The notes below the pieces were generated by a model. It was not told the origin of the DNA. It did no database searches and worked only from the letters and a program-made list of their open reading frames with translations. Of a DNA stretch of 64,000 bases, positions 37,398-48,629 are shown piece after piece; position 1 is the stretch's first letter; every line of letters starts with the position of its first letter. The DNA is from Thermoanaerobaculia bacterium (GTDB lineage: Bacteria > Acidobacteriota > Thermoanaerobaculia > Multivoradales > Multivoraceae), in assembly GCA_963664405.1 (NCBI GenBank), contig OY761158.1:2336001-2400000 (forward strand), written 5' to 3'. Made by a program: the position numbers and the translations under genes.

Positions 37398-39212
37398 TCA
37401 GTCCATCCCTACCTGAAGCTCTTTTCTCAGAGAAGACCCCAAGCCGGCAACCTGGTCCCACAGAGCAACCGCAACCTTCTGCTCTCCCGCCGGCAGTCGC
37501 AGGTCGACTCGGGCACCGAAGAGCTGTTCGCGAGCCTTCTCCACATCGCTCGCCGGGATGCGGAGCGGAGGGATCTCGACCGCTTGGGCAGGCAGAATGC
37601 GACCTGAGGAAGTGCGCAACACCACCGCCATTTCCGCTCGACCTTCGTAGATGCCCCCCTGCTCATCCAAGCTGAGCTTGGAGATGGGGATGCTCACCAT
37701 CAGCTGCACATCGTAACTACCGTCGTCGCGCTCCGCCTGGCTCGAGATCGCCACCGTGACCTCGAGAGGATTCTCCCCGACCTCGAGAATCAACGCCGCC
37801 AGGGCGCGATCCGAGAGCGGGTCGGGCGAAGAGCGGTAGAAGTACTCTTCACGATGCCGGACCTTGAGGCCCTTTGGCTTGAGCCGGACCCGAAGGTCGT
37901 GGAGGCTGCCGTCCTGGTGAGCTTTCGGAGTAAAACCGAGCGAGTAGTAAGAATCGAGATCGGCCATTGCAGAGGCGAGAAAGCCGGCGACATCCTTGCC
38001 GCTGGCAAACACATCACCCCCGGTTGCCTCGGCCATCAGGCTGAGTGACTCCTTCATATCGGAGATCCTTCTCCGCGACCCGATCTGACCGTCCTCGTCG
38101 AGACGAGCCCCAGCCGCATCGATCGCGGGCGCCTTTATAGGGTAGAAGGTGACCCGACTGCTATTGGCCATGGCCGCGAGTCGCTCGATCTGGGGGGCGG
38201 CGCTGAATTTCTCGACCGCCTCCTGGAGCCGGGTCACACTCGACGAGCCCACGCCCCCCAGTCCTCCTTCCGCCCCGAAGACCGCGTTAGCCCCATCGCT
38301 GGCGGCCGGCCCTCCGGTGCCGCCCCGGCCCTGGAGAGTGGCGACCAGGCGGTCGGCGGGCCTCATCGCCAACCCGTCGCTGACGTAGAAGATGGTCTTG
38401 CGCCCGGGTACTCCGGCGAGTGCGTCGACGAAGGCGCTGAGGGCATCGACCGTCATCGCGACATTCTGATGCACTCCTTGCGCGTAGCCTTGCAGCTGTA
38501 ATATCGAGCTGTCGAAGGACTGCGAGGCCATTCTGCGCTCCTGACCGCCGCCCCCAAGGAGGCTGAGCATCTCCTGCACGTTGTCCGCAGTAGCTCGCTT
38601 GAGTGCGTCACTCCCGGCCGCCTCGCCCCGCCCAGCGCGCAGATCGGCCAGTGCGGCCTGCACTTCGGAGTACTCCGCGGTGAGGCTCTGGCGGAGGTGA
38701 AAAGTGCCGTCGAAAGAGCAGACCATGACCGGAACGTCGCCCGCCGCCATCTCATGCTCGAGAAAGCTCTCGAGAGTCGTGAGCACGCCATCCCGATTGG
38801 CCGCCCTCAAATTGAAGTCGTCGATATAGATCAGTAAGGAGATGGGCTCTGCCGACGAGGAGTCAGCGGCACCGGCGACGAAGAAATTCGTCACCTTCAC
38901 CTTCTTCTTGTCTTCGCGGATCTCGAAGTCGGCCGCGGTGAGATCAGTGACCGGGCTCCCCTTCTTGTCAGTGACGAGAACGTCGACGTTGACGACCTTA
39001 ACGTCCAAGGACTCGGAGAAGGTCGCGGCGGCTTGTTGGGCCGACGCACTCAAGCCCTGAGCGCCGATCAGAACTAAAATGCAGGCGGCCTGAGCCCTGA
39101 GAAGAGAAGCGAATGTCTCCAAGGTTGAAGCGATCGTATCAGGCAATGCGGCAGCAACCCGATCAGGGAACGGCGAGCGCAAGGGCCAGCACCAGATCGG
39201 CCAAGGCGGCAA
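37398..39212 (-). CDS. Acidobacterial VWA-domain protein (start uncertain)
   Basis: VVNVDVLVTDKKG.PVTDL...DF, PGRKTIFYVSDG, AEATGG, YYSLGF. Confidence 0.85.
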   Translation of the reverse strand: MPPWPIWCWPLRSPFPDRVAAALPDTIASTLETFASLLRAQAACILVLIGAQGLSASAQQAAATFSESLDVKVVNVDVLVTDKKGSPVTDLTAADFEIREDKKKVKVTNFFVAGAADSSSAEPISLLIYIDDFNLRAANRDGVLTTLESFLEHEMAAGDVPVMVCSFDGTFHLRQSLTAEYSEVQAALADLRAGRGEAAGSDALKRATADNVQEMLSLLGGGGQERRMASQSFDSSILQLQGYAQGVHQNVAMTVDALSAFVDALAGVPGRKTIFYVSDGLAMRPADRLVATLQGRGGTGGPAASDGANAVFGAEGGLGGVGSSSVTRLQEAVEKFSAAPQIERLAAMANSSRVTFYPIKAPAIDAAGARLDEDGQIGSRRRISDMKESLSLMAEATGGDVFASGKDVAGFLASAMADLDSYYSLGFTPKAHQDGSLHDLRVRLKPKGLKVRHREEYFYRSSPDPLSDRALAALILEVGENPLEVTVAISSQAERDDGSYDVQLMVSIPISKLSLDEQGGIYEGRAEMAVVLRTSSGRILPAQAVEIPPLRIPASDVEKAREQLFGARVDLRLPAGEQKVAVALWDQVAGLGSSLRKELQVGMD

Positions 39213-41268
39213 GATCGCGCAGATCGAGCACCTCCGCCGGGGAGTGGCTGTAGCGGCCCGGCCACCCGAGACCCGCGTTCGGAGCCCCCCAGAAGGTGAA
39301 GGCCATTCCGTCGGTGCCGCCCTGAGTCAGACCGAGCTGCACCTCCAAACCGGCCTCCCGAGCGATCGCCAGATTGCGCTCCAATTCGCTCGCCGGCACC
39401 ATGCTGGTGTTCTCGATCGACCGCAGCACCGGTCCGCCGCCCAGAGGGGCGTAAGCGAAATGCGGGGACTCGAGCGGTGTATCGGAGGAAACGAAGGTGT
39501 CGACGCTATAGACCCGTCGCGACGATGTGCCGTAGCGGCGGGCTAGCGCAGCAGCGCCGACGAGACCGCCCTCCTCCTGAACCGACCAGACAAAGAGCAG
39601 CCGGTGATCCAGGGCCTCCGGGTCGATGGCCTTGATCGCCAGTAGGAGCGCGGTGGTACCCGCGCGATCATCCAGGGAGCGGGAGGTGTAACGGAAGCGA
39701 CCTAGCCGATGCCCCTCTTTGTAGCCGGTGACTCCCATTCCCGAGCGCACGCCCGCCCTGCGGAGCTCTTCACCATCGAGCCCGAACCATGCCGCCACCG
39801 CGTCCGGCCGGTAGGAACCGCTGCGATCGCTGCGAGTGAGGAAGACCCCACTCAGCTCTTCGAAGCTGGACGCCGATGCGTTTTCGCGACCGGGATCCAG
39901 CTGGAGCCGCGCCGGCTGACCCTCCCACGCCGACAGGACGACACCGCCTCTCCTTGTGAGGCGCACCGTCCCGTCGGCTTCGATCGACTCGATCTCAAAA
40001 CCGACCTCGTCCATGTGAGCAATGAACACCGTCGCCTCGCCCTCGGGCCCTGCCGCAACCCACACATTGCCCAACTCGTCCGTCTCGGCGCGCTCCCGCG
40101 CCCACGCCGGAAGCTCCGAGAGGACGATGGCTCGCACCGGCCCCTCATGCCCCGGTACCGCGGGGGTCTCGGCGAGCCGATCGAGAAGCCGGTGCACCTC
40201 TCGGAGCTTGTCGCTATCGGGGCTCGCGGCGGGCGAGTCGGCAGGGCCTTCGAGTGGAAGCGGGCGAGACGGAGCCTGCACCCACCCCGGGGATTCGGTC
40301 TCCGAAACGCCCCCCGCGGCACCAACCCTCGCGACGAGATTGCGTGCTTCGGCAACGTCGATCCGCTCCATCAGAGCGCCGGGATCCTCGACCGCGGGGA
40401 CCAACAAATGTACCGACTCGAGCCCCGAGGAACGGAGGACGGGAGCGAGGCGGCCGAGCTCCTCCGGGCGCACCTCGTGGTCCTCCCGCGCCCCCTGACC
40501 GCCATCCACGAGAATCAATTCGTCGATCGCGCCCAAGCGCGCGATCGCACCGCCAAGGCCGACCCAACCAAAGACTCGCTGTGTGCTCAGAATCCAGGTG
40601 GTCGTGCCATCCCTCACCGACGACCCGGACGCCGCCACGAGAGCCGCACAGCCGACTCGGCCGCCCGCCCCAGGGCCTGCAACGACATCATCGAAGGACC
40701 AGGCGGGTAGATGTCGGATCACCGGATCGAGCAGTCGAATCCCCAGATCGTCGACCTCCTCGCGTGATGCGGCACCGACATCGACCCACAGATCATCGGC
40801 CGTCCTGATCCGCGTCTCGTGGCGATGCTGCTCCGCGAAGTGTCCATTCGCGATGGCAACGACGCCGAGGCGAGGCCCGGATCGAGTCAGCACCCGCACT
40901 TGCTGCCCCTCGTGAAGCTGATCCCAATAGGGGTGTCCGGTGCCGCCACCGATGTGATGGAGTCGCAGGTAGCCGTCGTCGGTCACCTGACTCGCCGCGA
41001 AGGCATGGGCGTCGAGCCCGCAAGCGACAACGCGGTGGGGGTGACCCTCCCCCACCGTTTTCAGAAGATTGCCGTTGCGGTCGACCCGCCAGCCCGGAAC
41101 TAGGTTCTGTAGAGGCCCTGTCGCGAGATGCTCGTGCCCGGTGGGGGCGTCGAGAGCCACCCACGAAGCCAGGATCGCGGCCTCCGGCGAAGCAGCCCCC
41201 CGCGAACCCGACGCCTGGATCGCAACCAGCAGCACAACGAGGCCAAGGGCTCGACGAGACTCGTTCAT
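39163..41268 (-). CDS. Exported M42-family aminopeptidase with duplicated domain
   Basis: C-terminal domain has PGHE, AHMDE, LDDRAG, QEE, GGTDG and YSHS; N-terminal copy is degenerate. Confidence 0.85.
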   Translation of the reverse strand: MNESRRALGLVVLLVAIQASGSRGAASPEAAILASWVALDAPTGHEHLATGPLQNLVPGWRVDRNGNLLKTVGEGHPHRVVACGLDAHAFAASQVTDDGYLRLHHIGGGTGHPYWDQLHEGQQVRVLTRSGPRLGVVAIANGHFAEQHRHETRIRTADDLWVDVGAASREEVDDLGIRLLDPVIRHLPAWSFDDVVAGPGAGGRVGCAALVAASGSSVRDGTTTWILSTQRVFGWVGLGGAIARLGAIDELILVDGGQGAREDHEVRPEELGRLAPVLRSSGLESVHLLVPAVEDPGALMERIDVAEARNLVARVGAAGGVSETESPGWVQAPSRPLPLEGPADSPAASPDSDKLREVHRLLDRLAETPAVPGHEGPVRAIVLSELPAWARERAETDELGNVWVAAGPEGEATVFIAHMDEVGFEIESIEADGTVRLTRRGGVVLSAWEGQPARLQLDPGRENASASSFEELSGVFLTRSDRSGSYRPDAVAAWFGLDGEELRRAGVRSGMGVTGYKEGHRLGRFRYTSRSLDDRAGTTALLLAIKAIDPEALDHRLLFVWSVQEEGGLVGAAALARRYGTSSRRVYSVDTFVSSDTPLESPHFAYAPLGGGPVLRSIENTSMVPASELERNLAIAREAGLEVQLGLTQGGTDGMAFTFWGAPNAGLGWPGRYSHSPAEVLDLRDLAALADLVLALALAVP

Positions 41269-42290
41269 GAGAGCGCGGGAACCAAGTGGCAGGCGGCCTG
41301 GCGCCCCGGACCGATCTGGACCAGCGAGGGCACCTCGCTCCGGCAGCGATCTTCCGCCTCCGGACAGCGAGGGTGGAAGGGGCAGCCGGGAGGGGGATTC
41401 TGTGGACTCGGCACGTCGCCGCCGAGCACGATCCTACGCCTCGCCCGCTCGACCACGGGATCGGGAATCGGCACCGCCGAGATCAAAGCCTTGGTGTACG
41501 GGTGTTTCGGGTCTCGATAGATCGAAGCGGCGTCGGCAACCTCGACGATTCGCCCCAGATACATGACCGCGATGCGATCGCTGATGTGACGCACAGCGGC
41601 GAGATCGTGGGCGATGAAGAGATAGGTGAGGCCCAGGTCTCGTTGCAGAGTCTCCATCAGATTCAGAACCTGCGCCTGAATCGACACATCGAGGGCGCTG
41701 ATGGGCTCGTCGGCGACGATCAGCTCAGGCTCCAGAGCCAGAGCTCTGGCGATCCCGATTCGCTGACGCTGGCCGCCGGAGAACTCGTGAGGGTAGCGCC
41801 GGATATAGCGCGGGTCCATACCCACTCGCTCCATCAGCTCCTGCACCCGCCGCCGCAGCTCACGACCTCCGGCAATGTCGAAGGTGCGCAGCGGCTCACC
41901 GACGATTCCCTCGACCGTCATCCTTGGGTTGAGACTCGCGTAGGGGTCCTGAAAAATCATCTGCATGCGTTGGCGAAGCTCGCGCAGCTCCGAGGTCCAT
42001 ACCCAGCGCCCGAAGCGACGCTCCCACTCTTTGGTGAGCTCGATACCGTCAAAGCTCACCTCCCCCCCGGTCGGTCGCTCGAGTTGCAGAATGCCACGCC
42101 CGGTCGTCGACTTACCGCACCCCGATTCTCCGACCAAGCCCAGGGTCTCACCCGCAAAGACGTCGAGATCCACTCCATCCACCGCTCTGACCGCCGCTCC
42201 GCTCCGACGCAGCAGTGAGCCCGAGCTCACTGGAAAGTGAACCTCGAGCCCCCGCACCGAAAGCAGAGCGTCGTCGTTATGCGGCGTCAA
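41265..42290 (-). CDS. oppF: Oligopeptide ABC transporter ATP-binding protein
   Basis: [44 protein letters not shown]. Confidence 0.92.
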   Translation of the reverse strand: MTPHNDDALLSVRGLEVHFPVSSGSLLRRSGAAVRAVDGVDLDVFAGETLGLVGESGCGKSTTGRGILQLERPTGGEVSFDGIELTKEWERRFGRWVWTSELRELRQRMQMIFQDPYASLNPRMTVEGIVGEPLRTFDIAGGRELRRRVQELMERVGMDPRYIRRYPHEFSGGQRQRIGIARALALEPELIVADEPISALDVSIQAQVLNLMETLQRDLGLTYLFIAHDLAAVRHISDRIAVMYLGRIVEVADAASIYRDPKHPYTKALISAVPIPDPVVERARRRIVLGGDVPSPQNPPPGCPFHPRCPEAEDRCRSEVPSLVQIGPGRQAACHLVPALS

Positions 42291-43282
42291 GCGGGCCCCT
42301 CCCCACCAGGCTCTGTGAGGTCCCAACACGCGGCCCATCGATGCTCGCCCCGACGAACCACTTCAGGGTATTCGCTACGACAACGATCGAGCACACGAGA
42401 ACAGCGAGGATGAAAAGGGCAGCCCGAGGGGAGATCCATGGGATGCGGAGGCAGCCCCGGGATCGGCACCAGCTCGTCGGTCTTCTCCTCGTCGAGGCGG
42501 GGCACGCTGCGTAGCAGTCCCCGAGTATAAGGATGCAGCGGATCCGCAAAGAGATCTTCAGTTCTCCCTTCCTCCACCACGCGGCCGCCGTACATGACCA
42601 AAACTCGATCGGTCATTCCCGCCACTACACCGAGATCATGAGTGATGAGAATTACGCTGGTGCCGAGATCTCTCTGCAGATCGGCGATGAGCTCGAGGAT
42701 CTGCGCCTGAATGGTGACGTCGAGTGCGGTGGTGGGCTCATCGGCGATGAGAAGCTCAGGCTTGCACAGCAACGCCATCGCGATCATCACCCGCTGTCGC
42801 ATGCCGCCGGAGAATTGATGAGGGTAGTCACGGGCGCGCTCGGCCGCATCGGCGATGCCGACGCGCTCCAGCATCTCTACCGCTCGAGACCGTGCCTGTA
42901 GCCGGCTGAGTCCCTCATGCAGCTCGAGAACTTCGGTGAGTTGGCGCTCGACCGTTAGGAAGGGATTGAGCGAGGTCATCGGGTCTTGAAAAATCATCGC
43001 CACGTGGTTGCCCCGCAGCTCTTTGAGGCGCGCGGCCGATGCGTGCAGAACCTCGATGTCGCCAAAGTCGACACGCCCCCCGGCAAACTCACCCGGCGGT
43101 TGAGGGATGAGCCCCATTAGCGAGAGCGCCGTCACCGACTTGCCGCAGCCCGACTCACCCACGATCCCCAGCGTCTCTCCCGGCTCGAGATCGAAGGAAA
43201 CTCCGTCGACCGCTTTCACCAGGCCGTCATCGGTTCGAAAGTAGGTACGCAGATCGCGCACTTGCAGGATCGGCGAGCTCAT
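42287..43282 (-). CDS. oppD: Oligopeptide ABC transporter ATP-binding protein
   Basis: [39 protein letters not shown]. Confidence 0.92.
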   Translation of the reverse strand: MSSPILQVRDLRTYFRTDDGLVKAVDGVSFDLEPGETLGIVGESGCGKSVTALSLMGLIPQPPGEFAGGRVDFGDIEVLHASAARLKELRGNHVAMIFQDPMTSLNPFLTVERQLTEVLELHEGLSRLQARSRAVEMLERVGIADAAERARDYPHQFSGGMRQRVMIAMALLCKPELLIADEPTTALDVTIQAQILELIADLQRDLGTSVILITHDLGVVAGMTDRVLVMYGGRVVEEGRTEDLFADPLHPYTRGLLRSVPRLDEEKTDELVPIPGLPPHPMDLPSGCPFHPRCSRVLDRCRSEYPEVVRRGEHRWAACWDLTEPGGEGPA

Positions 43283-44406
43283 CAGGTTTTCATCTGCGGG
43301 TCGAGGGCATCACGCAAGCCATCGCCAAGGAAGCTGAGGCCGAAGAGCAGCACTGCCAACATACTTCCCGGAAAAACCAGCGTCCACCAGAACACCAGCA
43401 TCTGATTCGCCCCTTCGTTGATCAACCAACCGAGACTCGCATTCGGCGGCTGCACCCCAAGCCCGAGGAAAGAGAGAAAGGCCTCTTGGCGAATCATGGT
43501 CGGAATGGTGAGGGTGAAGTAGATGATCACCGGACCCAGCGCGTTGGGAATCAGATGACGCCAGACAATGCTCCCTCCCTTCACCCCCAGAGAGCGAGCT
43601 GCCTGCACGAACTCTCGCTCTTTGAGACTGAGGATCTGCCCTCGCACGATGCGCGCGGTCATCAGCCAGCCCACCGCACCGAGGGCGACGAAGATCAGCC
43701 ACAGATGCTTGCCGAATACGGTGACCAGAATGATGACGAAGAACATGTAGGGCAGCGAGTACATGATGTCGACAAAACGCATCAAGAGAGCGTCGACCCG
43801 CCCCCCCATATAGCCACTGACGGCCCCCACCAGAATGCCGATGGTGGCCGAAACAACGGCGGCCAGCAGCCCTACCATCAGGCTAACCTGCCCCCCTTTG
43901 AAGATGCGAGTCGCGAGGTCACGGCCATGAAAGTCGGTACCGAGCCAGTGAGGACCCTCGCTCACGGCGCCCTTGATTGCCGTACATTGGCGGCAGATCC
44001 GAAAGCCATCGACATTCTGGTAGACGATGCCTCGCCGGACGAGGGTGAGCTCGCGGCCCTCCCGGAGATCGTCCGCCCCCGGCAGGTCGGCCGCCTCCAC
44101 ATCGCCAAGCGGCGTCCGCACTACAAGCCTCCCCCCGCCGGCTTGCACCAGCTTCCCCGCCAGTAGGGTGTGGGAAAAGAAGCTCGGGGGCTGCGCCCCG
44201 TAGGCTAGATTCTGATGATCGAAAGTGTGCCCCCAGAGCAAGCGGGTCAAAGTCGGCCCGAGGAGACAGGCAGCGACAAGAAAGAGAAGCACCAGGACGC
44301 TGAGCACAGCAAGTCGGTTCTTGCGCAATCGCTTCCAGGCATCGGCCCAGAGTGACGTTCCCGCTACCAGCTCGGAGCGCTCAACGCTTGCCTCGACGGT
44401 CGTCAT
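43282..44406 (-). CDS. oppC: Oligopeptide ABC transporter permease
   Basis: [45 protein letters not shown]; ATG 44406 overlaps the oppB stop. Confidence 0.9.
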   Translation of the reverse strand: MTTVEASVERSELVAGTSLWADAWKRLRKNRLAVLSVLVLLFLVAACLLGPTLTRLLWGHTFDHQNLAYGAQPPSFFSHTLLAGKLVQAGGGRLVVRTPLGDVEAADLPGADDLREGRELTLVRRGIVYQNVDGFRICRQCTAIKGAVSEGPHWLGTDFHGRDLATRIFKGGQVSLMVGLLAAVVSATIGILVGAVSGYMGGRVDALLMRFVDIMYSLPYMFFVIILVTVFGKHLWLIFVALGAVGWLMTARIVRGQILSLKEREFVQAARSLGVKGGSIVWRHLIPNALGPVIIYFTLTIPTMIRQEAFLSFLGLGVQPPNASLGWLINEGANQMLVFWWTLVFPGSMLAVLLFGLSFLGDGLRDALDPQMKT

Positions 44407-45323
44407 GGGTCGTAGCGGATGCGAGGGTCGAGGAATCCGTACACCAGGTCGACGACCAAATTCATAGTGAGCAGAAAGACCGAATAGAGAAGAACGATGC
44501 CCATCACCAAGAAGTAGTCGCGGTTGAAGGCGGCATCGACGAGGTAGGGCCCGATCCCGGGGGTCGCAAAGATCTTCTCGATCACCACACTGCCGACGAA
44601 CACATTCGCCGTCGCCGGGCCCAGGAAGGTGACCACCGGCAACAGCCCACCCTTGAGCATGTGCCGCCAGGTGATCACAAGCTCGCCCAGGCCCTTGGCG
44701 CGAGCGGTGCGCACGAAGTCCGAGCGCACCACCTCCAACATGCCTCCGCGGGTAAGGCGGGCGATATAGGCGGCGTAGGCCGTCCCCAGGGTGATCCCCG
44801 GCAAGATGATGTGCCGCCAGGTTCCCCACAGGCCGGGCGGCAAGAGGTAGAGACTGAGCGAGAAGACCAATATCAGCAGCGGGCCGAGCACGAAGGTGGG
44901 GAGGCTGATCCCGACCATCGCCACCGCCATCGCTCCGTGGTCCCAGGCGGTGTTCTGGCGCAAGGCGCCGATGATGCCCCCATTGACGCCGAGCAGCAGA
45001 GCCCAGAGCAGCGCGACAGCCCCCAGCTGCAAAGTGACGGGAAAGCCGAGAGCGATGATCTCGCCGACCGACATCTGGGGATACTTGGTCGACATCCCCA
45101 AGTCGAAGCGCAACAGATTCCCGAGGTACATGCGGTACTGCACCACTAGTGGCTTGTCGAAGCCGTACTTGGCCTCGAGGTCACGAAGCACCTCGGGCGG
45201 AATGGCGCGCTCACTGTCGAAGGGATTGCCGGGTGCCAGCCGAATAATGAAGAACGAGACCGTGACGATGACGAAGAGGGTGGGAACGAGCTGGAGGACT
45301 CGTCGAAGCGCGAAGCGGCCCAT
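44403..45323 (-). CDS. oppB: Oligopeptide ABC transporter permease
   Basis: LAPGNPF, YGFDKP, FVRTARAKGL, EKIF..PGIG, NRDY, LDPRIR. Confidence 0.93.
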   Translation of the reverse strand: MGRFALRRVLQLVPTLFVIVTVSFFIIRLAPGNPFDSERAIPPEVLRDLEAKYGFDKPLVVQYRMYLGNLLRFDLGMSTKYPQMSVGEIIALGFPVTLQLGAVALLWALLLGVNGGIIGALRQNTAWDHGAMAVAMVGISLPTFVLGPLLILVFSLSLYLLPPGLWGTWRHIILPGITLGTAYAAYIARLTRGGMLEVVRSDFVRTARAKGLGELVITWRHMLKGGLLPVVTFLGPATANVFVGSVVIEKIFATPGIGPYLVDAAFNRDYFLVMGIVLLYSVFLLTMNLVVDLVYGFLDPRIRYDP

Positions 45324-45344
45324 GATTCAGAGCAGAGCGAGCAT

Positions 45345-47267
45345 CTAGGTGAAGGGGTAGTGAGCGGGCGGTGGGTCGGGGAGGGGCTCCTCTGGCACGC
45401 CCTCATACCAGCGCTCGTCGATCCAGAACCACTTCCACGCATGCTTGTCCTGGTAGTTCCCCCAATAACCCTTGAGGTAAGGCTTTAGCACCGTGCTCTT
45501 GGTGTAGATGTAGATCGGCAGCAGCGGGGTGGCATCGCGAAGCATCTCCTCAGCCTCTCGAAACAGAGCCAGACGCTTGGCAGGATCGGGGTTGGTGTTG
45601 GCCGACAGGAGCAGATCGTCGTACTCGCGCGAGGACCACAGAGAGTGGTTGTTGCCGTTGTGGGCGCTGAGCAGCTCGAGGTAGGTGTAGGGGTCAGCGT
45701 AGTCCATGATCCATCCCATCCGCGCGATCTGGAAGTTCATCATCTGCTGGTTCTTCAGATAGACCTTCCACTCCTGGTTCTCGATCGTGACTTCCACGCC
45801 CAGATGCTCCTTCCACATCTGCTGCAGGGCCTCCGCGATCTGCCGATGCCCTTCGGAAGTGTTGTAGATGAGAGTGATCGCCGGCACGTCGCTTCCGTTC
45901 TCGTAGCCGGCCTCGCGGAGCATGGCGCGCGCGCCCTCGGGGTCGAAGATGGGAGTAGCAAGGCCTTCATAGCCGGCCAGACCCGGCGGGACCAGGTCCG
46001 CGGTCGGGGTCTGATCGGCCTGGGCGACATTATCGACGATCGACTGGCGGTCGACGGCCATCGACAGAGCACGACGGAGCTTCGGATTGTCCATGGGGGG
46101 CGCTTGGGTATTGATCCAGTAGAAGTAGACCGAGCCGTAGGGGTAGCGCTGAAAGTCCTCGAAAGGCTCGAGATACGACATGAACTCCGAAGGCAGTGAC
46201 GAGTTGCGGCCGATCCAGTCGAGCTCACCGGCACGATAGAGGTTGAGAGTGGTGTTGTAGCTCTCGACCAAGAAGAGTCGCACCCTTGCGATCCGGATCT
46301 TCTCCTCTTCCCAGTAGAGAGGATTCTTCTCGAAGTAGTAGAAATAGCGGAAGTGATGATCCTTGAGTAAGTACGGACCGTTGGTGATGATGTGCTCCGG
46401 CTTGGTCCACAGCTCCGGGTTTACACCCTCCTTCTCCAAGCGCTCGAGTAGATGGCGCGGCACCGGTAGGAAGGTGTAGAAAGTCATCAGATTGATGAAG
46501 TAGGGGACCGGCCCCTCCAAGCGTGCTTCGAGAGTCAGATCATCGAGGGCCCGTACCCCGACTAGAGACTCGTCGGCAACCCGCACCGCGAGGCGGGAGC
46601 CGCCGATCGAATGGCCGTCGAGGGCATCGATGGCTCTATCGCGAAACTCGGGCCGCTGCTCGTCTTCGCCGCCAAGAAATACCAGAGCACCGGGCTCCGG
46701 CCAGTCGGTCATCTGCACTCGATCGATCGGCGCAATCTCGTCGAAGAGATCGGCGACGCGAGCGGGGGTGTCGTCAGCGTGGAGCTCCCACGGCAGACCG
46801 CGAATGAACAAGGCCCGCTGACTGACAGCCGCGCCATTCTTGAGCACGTAGAGCATGCTCGAATACTTGGAACCCGTCGCCGGATCCAGCACCCGCCTCC
46901 AAGACCAGGCGAAGTCCTCCGCCGTCAGCTCAACGCCATCGGACCACTGCGAGGGACGCAGATGGAAGGTGAAGCGAGTGCCGCCGTCGGAGACTTCCCA
47001 GCGACGAGCGATGTCAGGCATCGGCTGGAGGTCCACCGGATGGGGTTGGGCAAGGCCGGAGAAGAGGTTCCAGACGATCGAGCTGCCGGCGCTATCCGAG
47101 AGCTTCCCGGGGTCGAGGTACTCGGGCTCGCTCGAATTATTCAGCCAGATCTCATCCGGTGGATGGGCGGGACGAACCGTGCCGAAATAGTCCTCGTGAC
47201 CGTGGGGGGAACAGGCGGCAACGAAGGCCAATAGAAAGACGCCGTACCTGAGCCTTCCGGGCAACAT
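45345..47267 (-). CDS. oppA: Oligopeptide ABC transporter substrate-binding lipoprotein
   Basis: Lipobox VAAC; EPEYLDP, WSDG..LTAEDF, NGPY, LRRALSMAVDR, GWIMDY.DP. Confidence 0.9.
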   Translation of the reverse strand: MLPGRLRYGVFLLAFVAACSPHGHEDYFGTVRPAHPPDEIWLNNSSEPEYLDPGKLSDSAGSSIVWNLFSGLAQPHPVDLQPMPDIARRWEVSDGGTRFTFHLRPSQWSDGVELTAEDFAWSWRRVLDPATGSKYSSMLYVLKNGAAVSQRALFIRGLPWELHADDTPARVADLFDEIAPIDRVQMTDWPEPGALVFLGGEDEQRPEFRDRAIDALDGHSIGGSRLAVRVADESLVGVRALDDLTLEARLEGPVPYFINLMTFYTFLPVPRHLLERLEKEGVNPELWTKPEHIITNGPYLLKDHHFRYFYYFEKNPLYWEEEKIRIARVRLFLVESYNTTLNLYRAGELDWIGRNSSLPSEFMSYLEPFEDFQRYPYGSVYFYWINTQAPPMDNPKLRRALSMAVDRQSIVDNVAQADQTPTADLVPPGLAGYEGLATPIFDPEGARAMLREAGYENGSDVPAITLIYNTSEGHRQIAEALQQMWKEHLGVEVTIENQEWKVYLKNQQMMNFQIARMGWIMDYADPYTYLELLSAHNGNNHSLWSSREYDDLLLSANTNPDPAKRLALFREAEEMLRDATPLLPIYIYTKSTVLKPYLKGYWGNYQDKHAWKWFWIDERWYEGVPEEPLPDPPPAHYPFT

Positions 47268-47282
47268 CTGGAGAAGCCTAAC

Positions 47283-47323
47283 CTAGACCAGCGTTTCCGA
47301 AGTTCGTGTACAGAGCGGTCTAG
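47283..47323. mobile_element. Internally deleted copy of the CTAG MITE (41 bp)
   Basis: CTAGACCAGCGTTTCCGAAGTTCGTGTACA...GGTCTAG between the divergent oppA and RND adaptor genes. Confidence 0.75.
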
Positions 47324-47348
47324 CGAGGGATTCGACTATCATCGCTCG

Positions 47349-48464
47349 GTGATCGCTCGAATTCCACTCCTCGTCGGCCTTCTGGCAGCTTCGCAGATCT
47401 CCTGCGGCGGCGAGACCGAACGCCCCCCGGGCGGAGGAGCAGAACCGGGCTCCGGGCAACGCCAGCCGCCCCCCGTGGCCGTGCAGGTCTTCACCGCAGA
47501 GCAAGTCGACGTACCTGACACCCTGGTCGCAGTCGGCTCGCTGCAGAGCCCTGAGACGACCACCGTCTCGGCCGACATCTCCGGTCTACTGGTTCATCTC
47601 GACACGCCGGAAGGACGCGTCGTGTCGCAGGGGCACCTCCTGGCGCGACTCGACGACTCGGTGCCCCAAGCGACCCTTCGAGTCGCCGAGGCGAGAGAAA
47701 AGAACGCGCGCTCCGAGATCGAAAGAGTGACGCCGCTACTCGCTGATGGCGTGGTTCCACGGCAGACCTACGATGCCGCGGTGGCCGAGATGGAGACCAG
47801 CGAGGGCCTGCTCGAAGAAGCACGTATTCGCCTCGCCAAGACCGAAGTCAGGGCTCCATTCGGCGGAGTCATTTCTCTCCAGACCGCCCAGCGCGGCCAG
47901 CATGTCGACTCCGGAGAGGCGATCGTCCGGCTGACTCAGGTAGATCCTCTGGAGCTGGCCTTCACGGTCCCCGAGAGCGAGGCGGGACGAGTGTCGGTGG
48001 GTCAGCACCTGGAAGGCCGAGTGGGCCGCTGCGGTGAAGCCTTCGAAGGCACCGTCGAGGCCCTCGACCCTGCCGTCGACCGAGCCACCCGAACCCTCTC
48101 GGTTCAAGCTCGGGTGCCCAATCGTGGGGGCACTCTCCGGCCAGGCATGTCGGCGCGAGTGAGACTAGCCATCGGCACCAGCGCCAGAGCCATCCTCATT
48201 CCTCGAGAGGCGCTGATCCGCCAAGGTACGCGCTATCTGGTGTTCATCGTCGAGGAAGGCGGAGCCGTCGCCACCCGCGAAGTCGTACCCGGCGAGTTTC
48301 TGGTCGACAAAGTAGACATCCGCGGCGGTCTCGAGCCCGGCGAACAGGTGGTGGTAGCGGGGCATCAGAAACTGGGACCAGGATCAAAGGTACAACCGAG
48401 CCCCTGGAAGCCGGTCGAAAACCCGATCCTCAGCCTCGGGGACACCAGCGAAGACTGCATCTGA
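47349..48464 (+). CDS. RND efflux periplasmic adaptor (MFP)
   Basis: Lipoprotein signal, VRAPFGG, LRPGMSA, GL.PGEQVVVAG. Confidence 0.9.
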   Translation: MIARIPLLVGLLAASQISCGGETERPPGGGAEPGSGQRQPPPVAVQVFTAEQVDVPDTLVAVGSLQSPETTTVSADISGLLVHLDTPEGRVVSQGHLLARLDDSVPQATLRVAEAREKNARSEIERVTPLLADGVVPRQTYDAAVAEMETSEGLLEEARIRLAKTEVRAPFGGVISLQTAQRGQHVDSGEAIVRLTQVDPLELAFTVPESEAGRVSVGQHLEGRVGRCGEAFEGTVEALDPAVDRATRTLSVQARVPNRGGTLRPGMSARVRLAIGTSARAILIPREALIRQGTRYLVFIVEEGGAVATREVVPGEFLVDKVDIRGGLEPGEQVVVAGHQKLGPGSKVQPSPWKPVENPILSLGDTSEDCI

Positions 48465-48505
48465 CTCCTCCGGGTTCTCCGGCGGCGATCGTTGTCGCCG
48501 GGGCC

Positions 48506-48629
48506 GGTCGCAGGGGGGGTCTTGGGGGCCGGGTTGCTTCGCGCTTCGGATGAGGCCTGATGGTGAAGCACTCTTGTGGTCTAAGAGTTATGCTTCGCAA
48601 CCCGGCCCCCAAGACCCCTGTTTGCGACC
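48506..48629. repeat. Long inverted-repeat (REP/MITE-like) element
   Basis: Perfect 22-bp arms GGGGTCTTGGGGGCCGGGTTGC and GCAACCCGGCCCCCAAGACCCC, plus outer GGTCGCA/TGCGACC. Confidence 0.7.
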
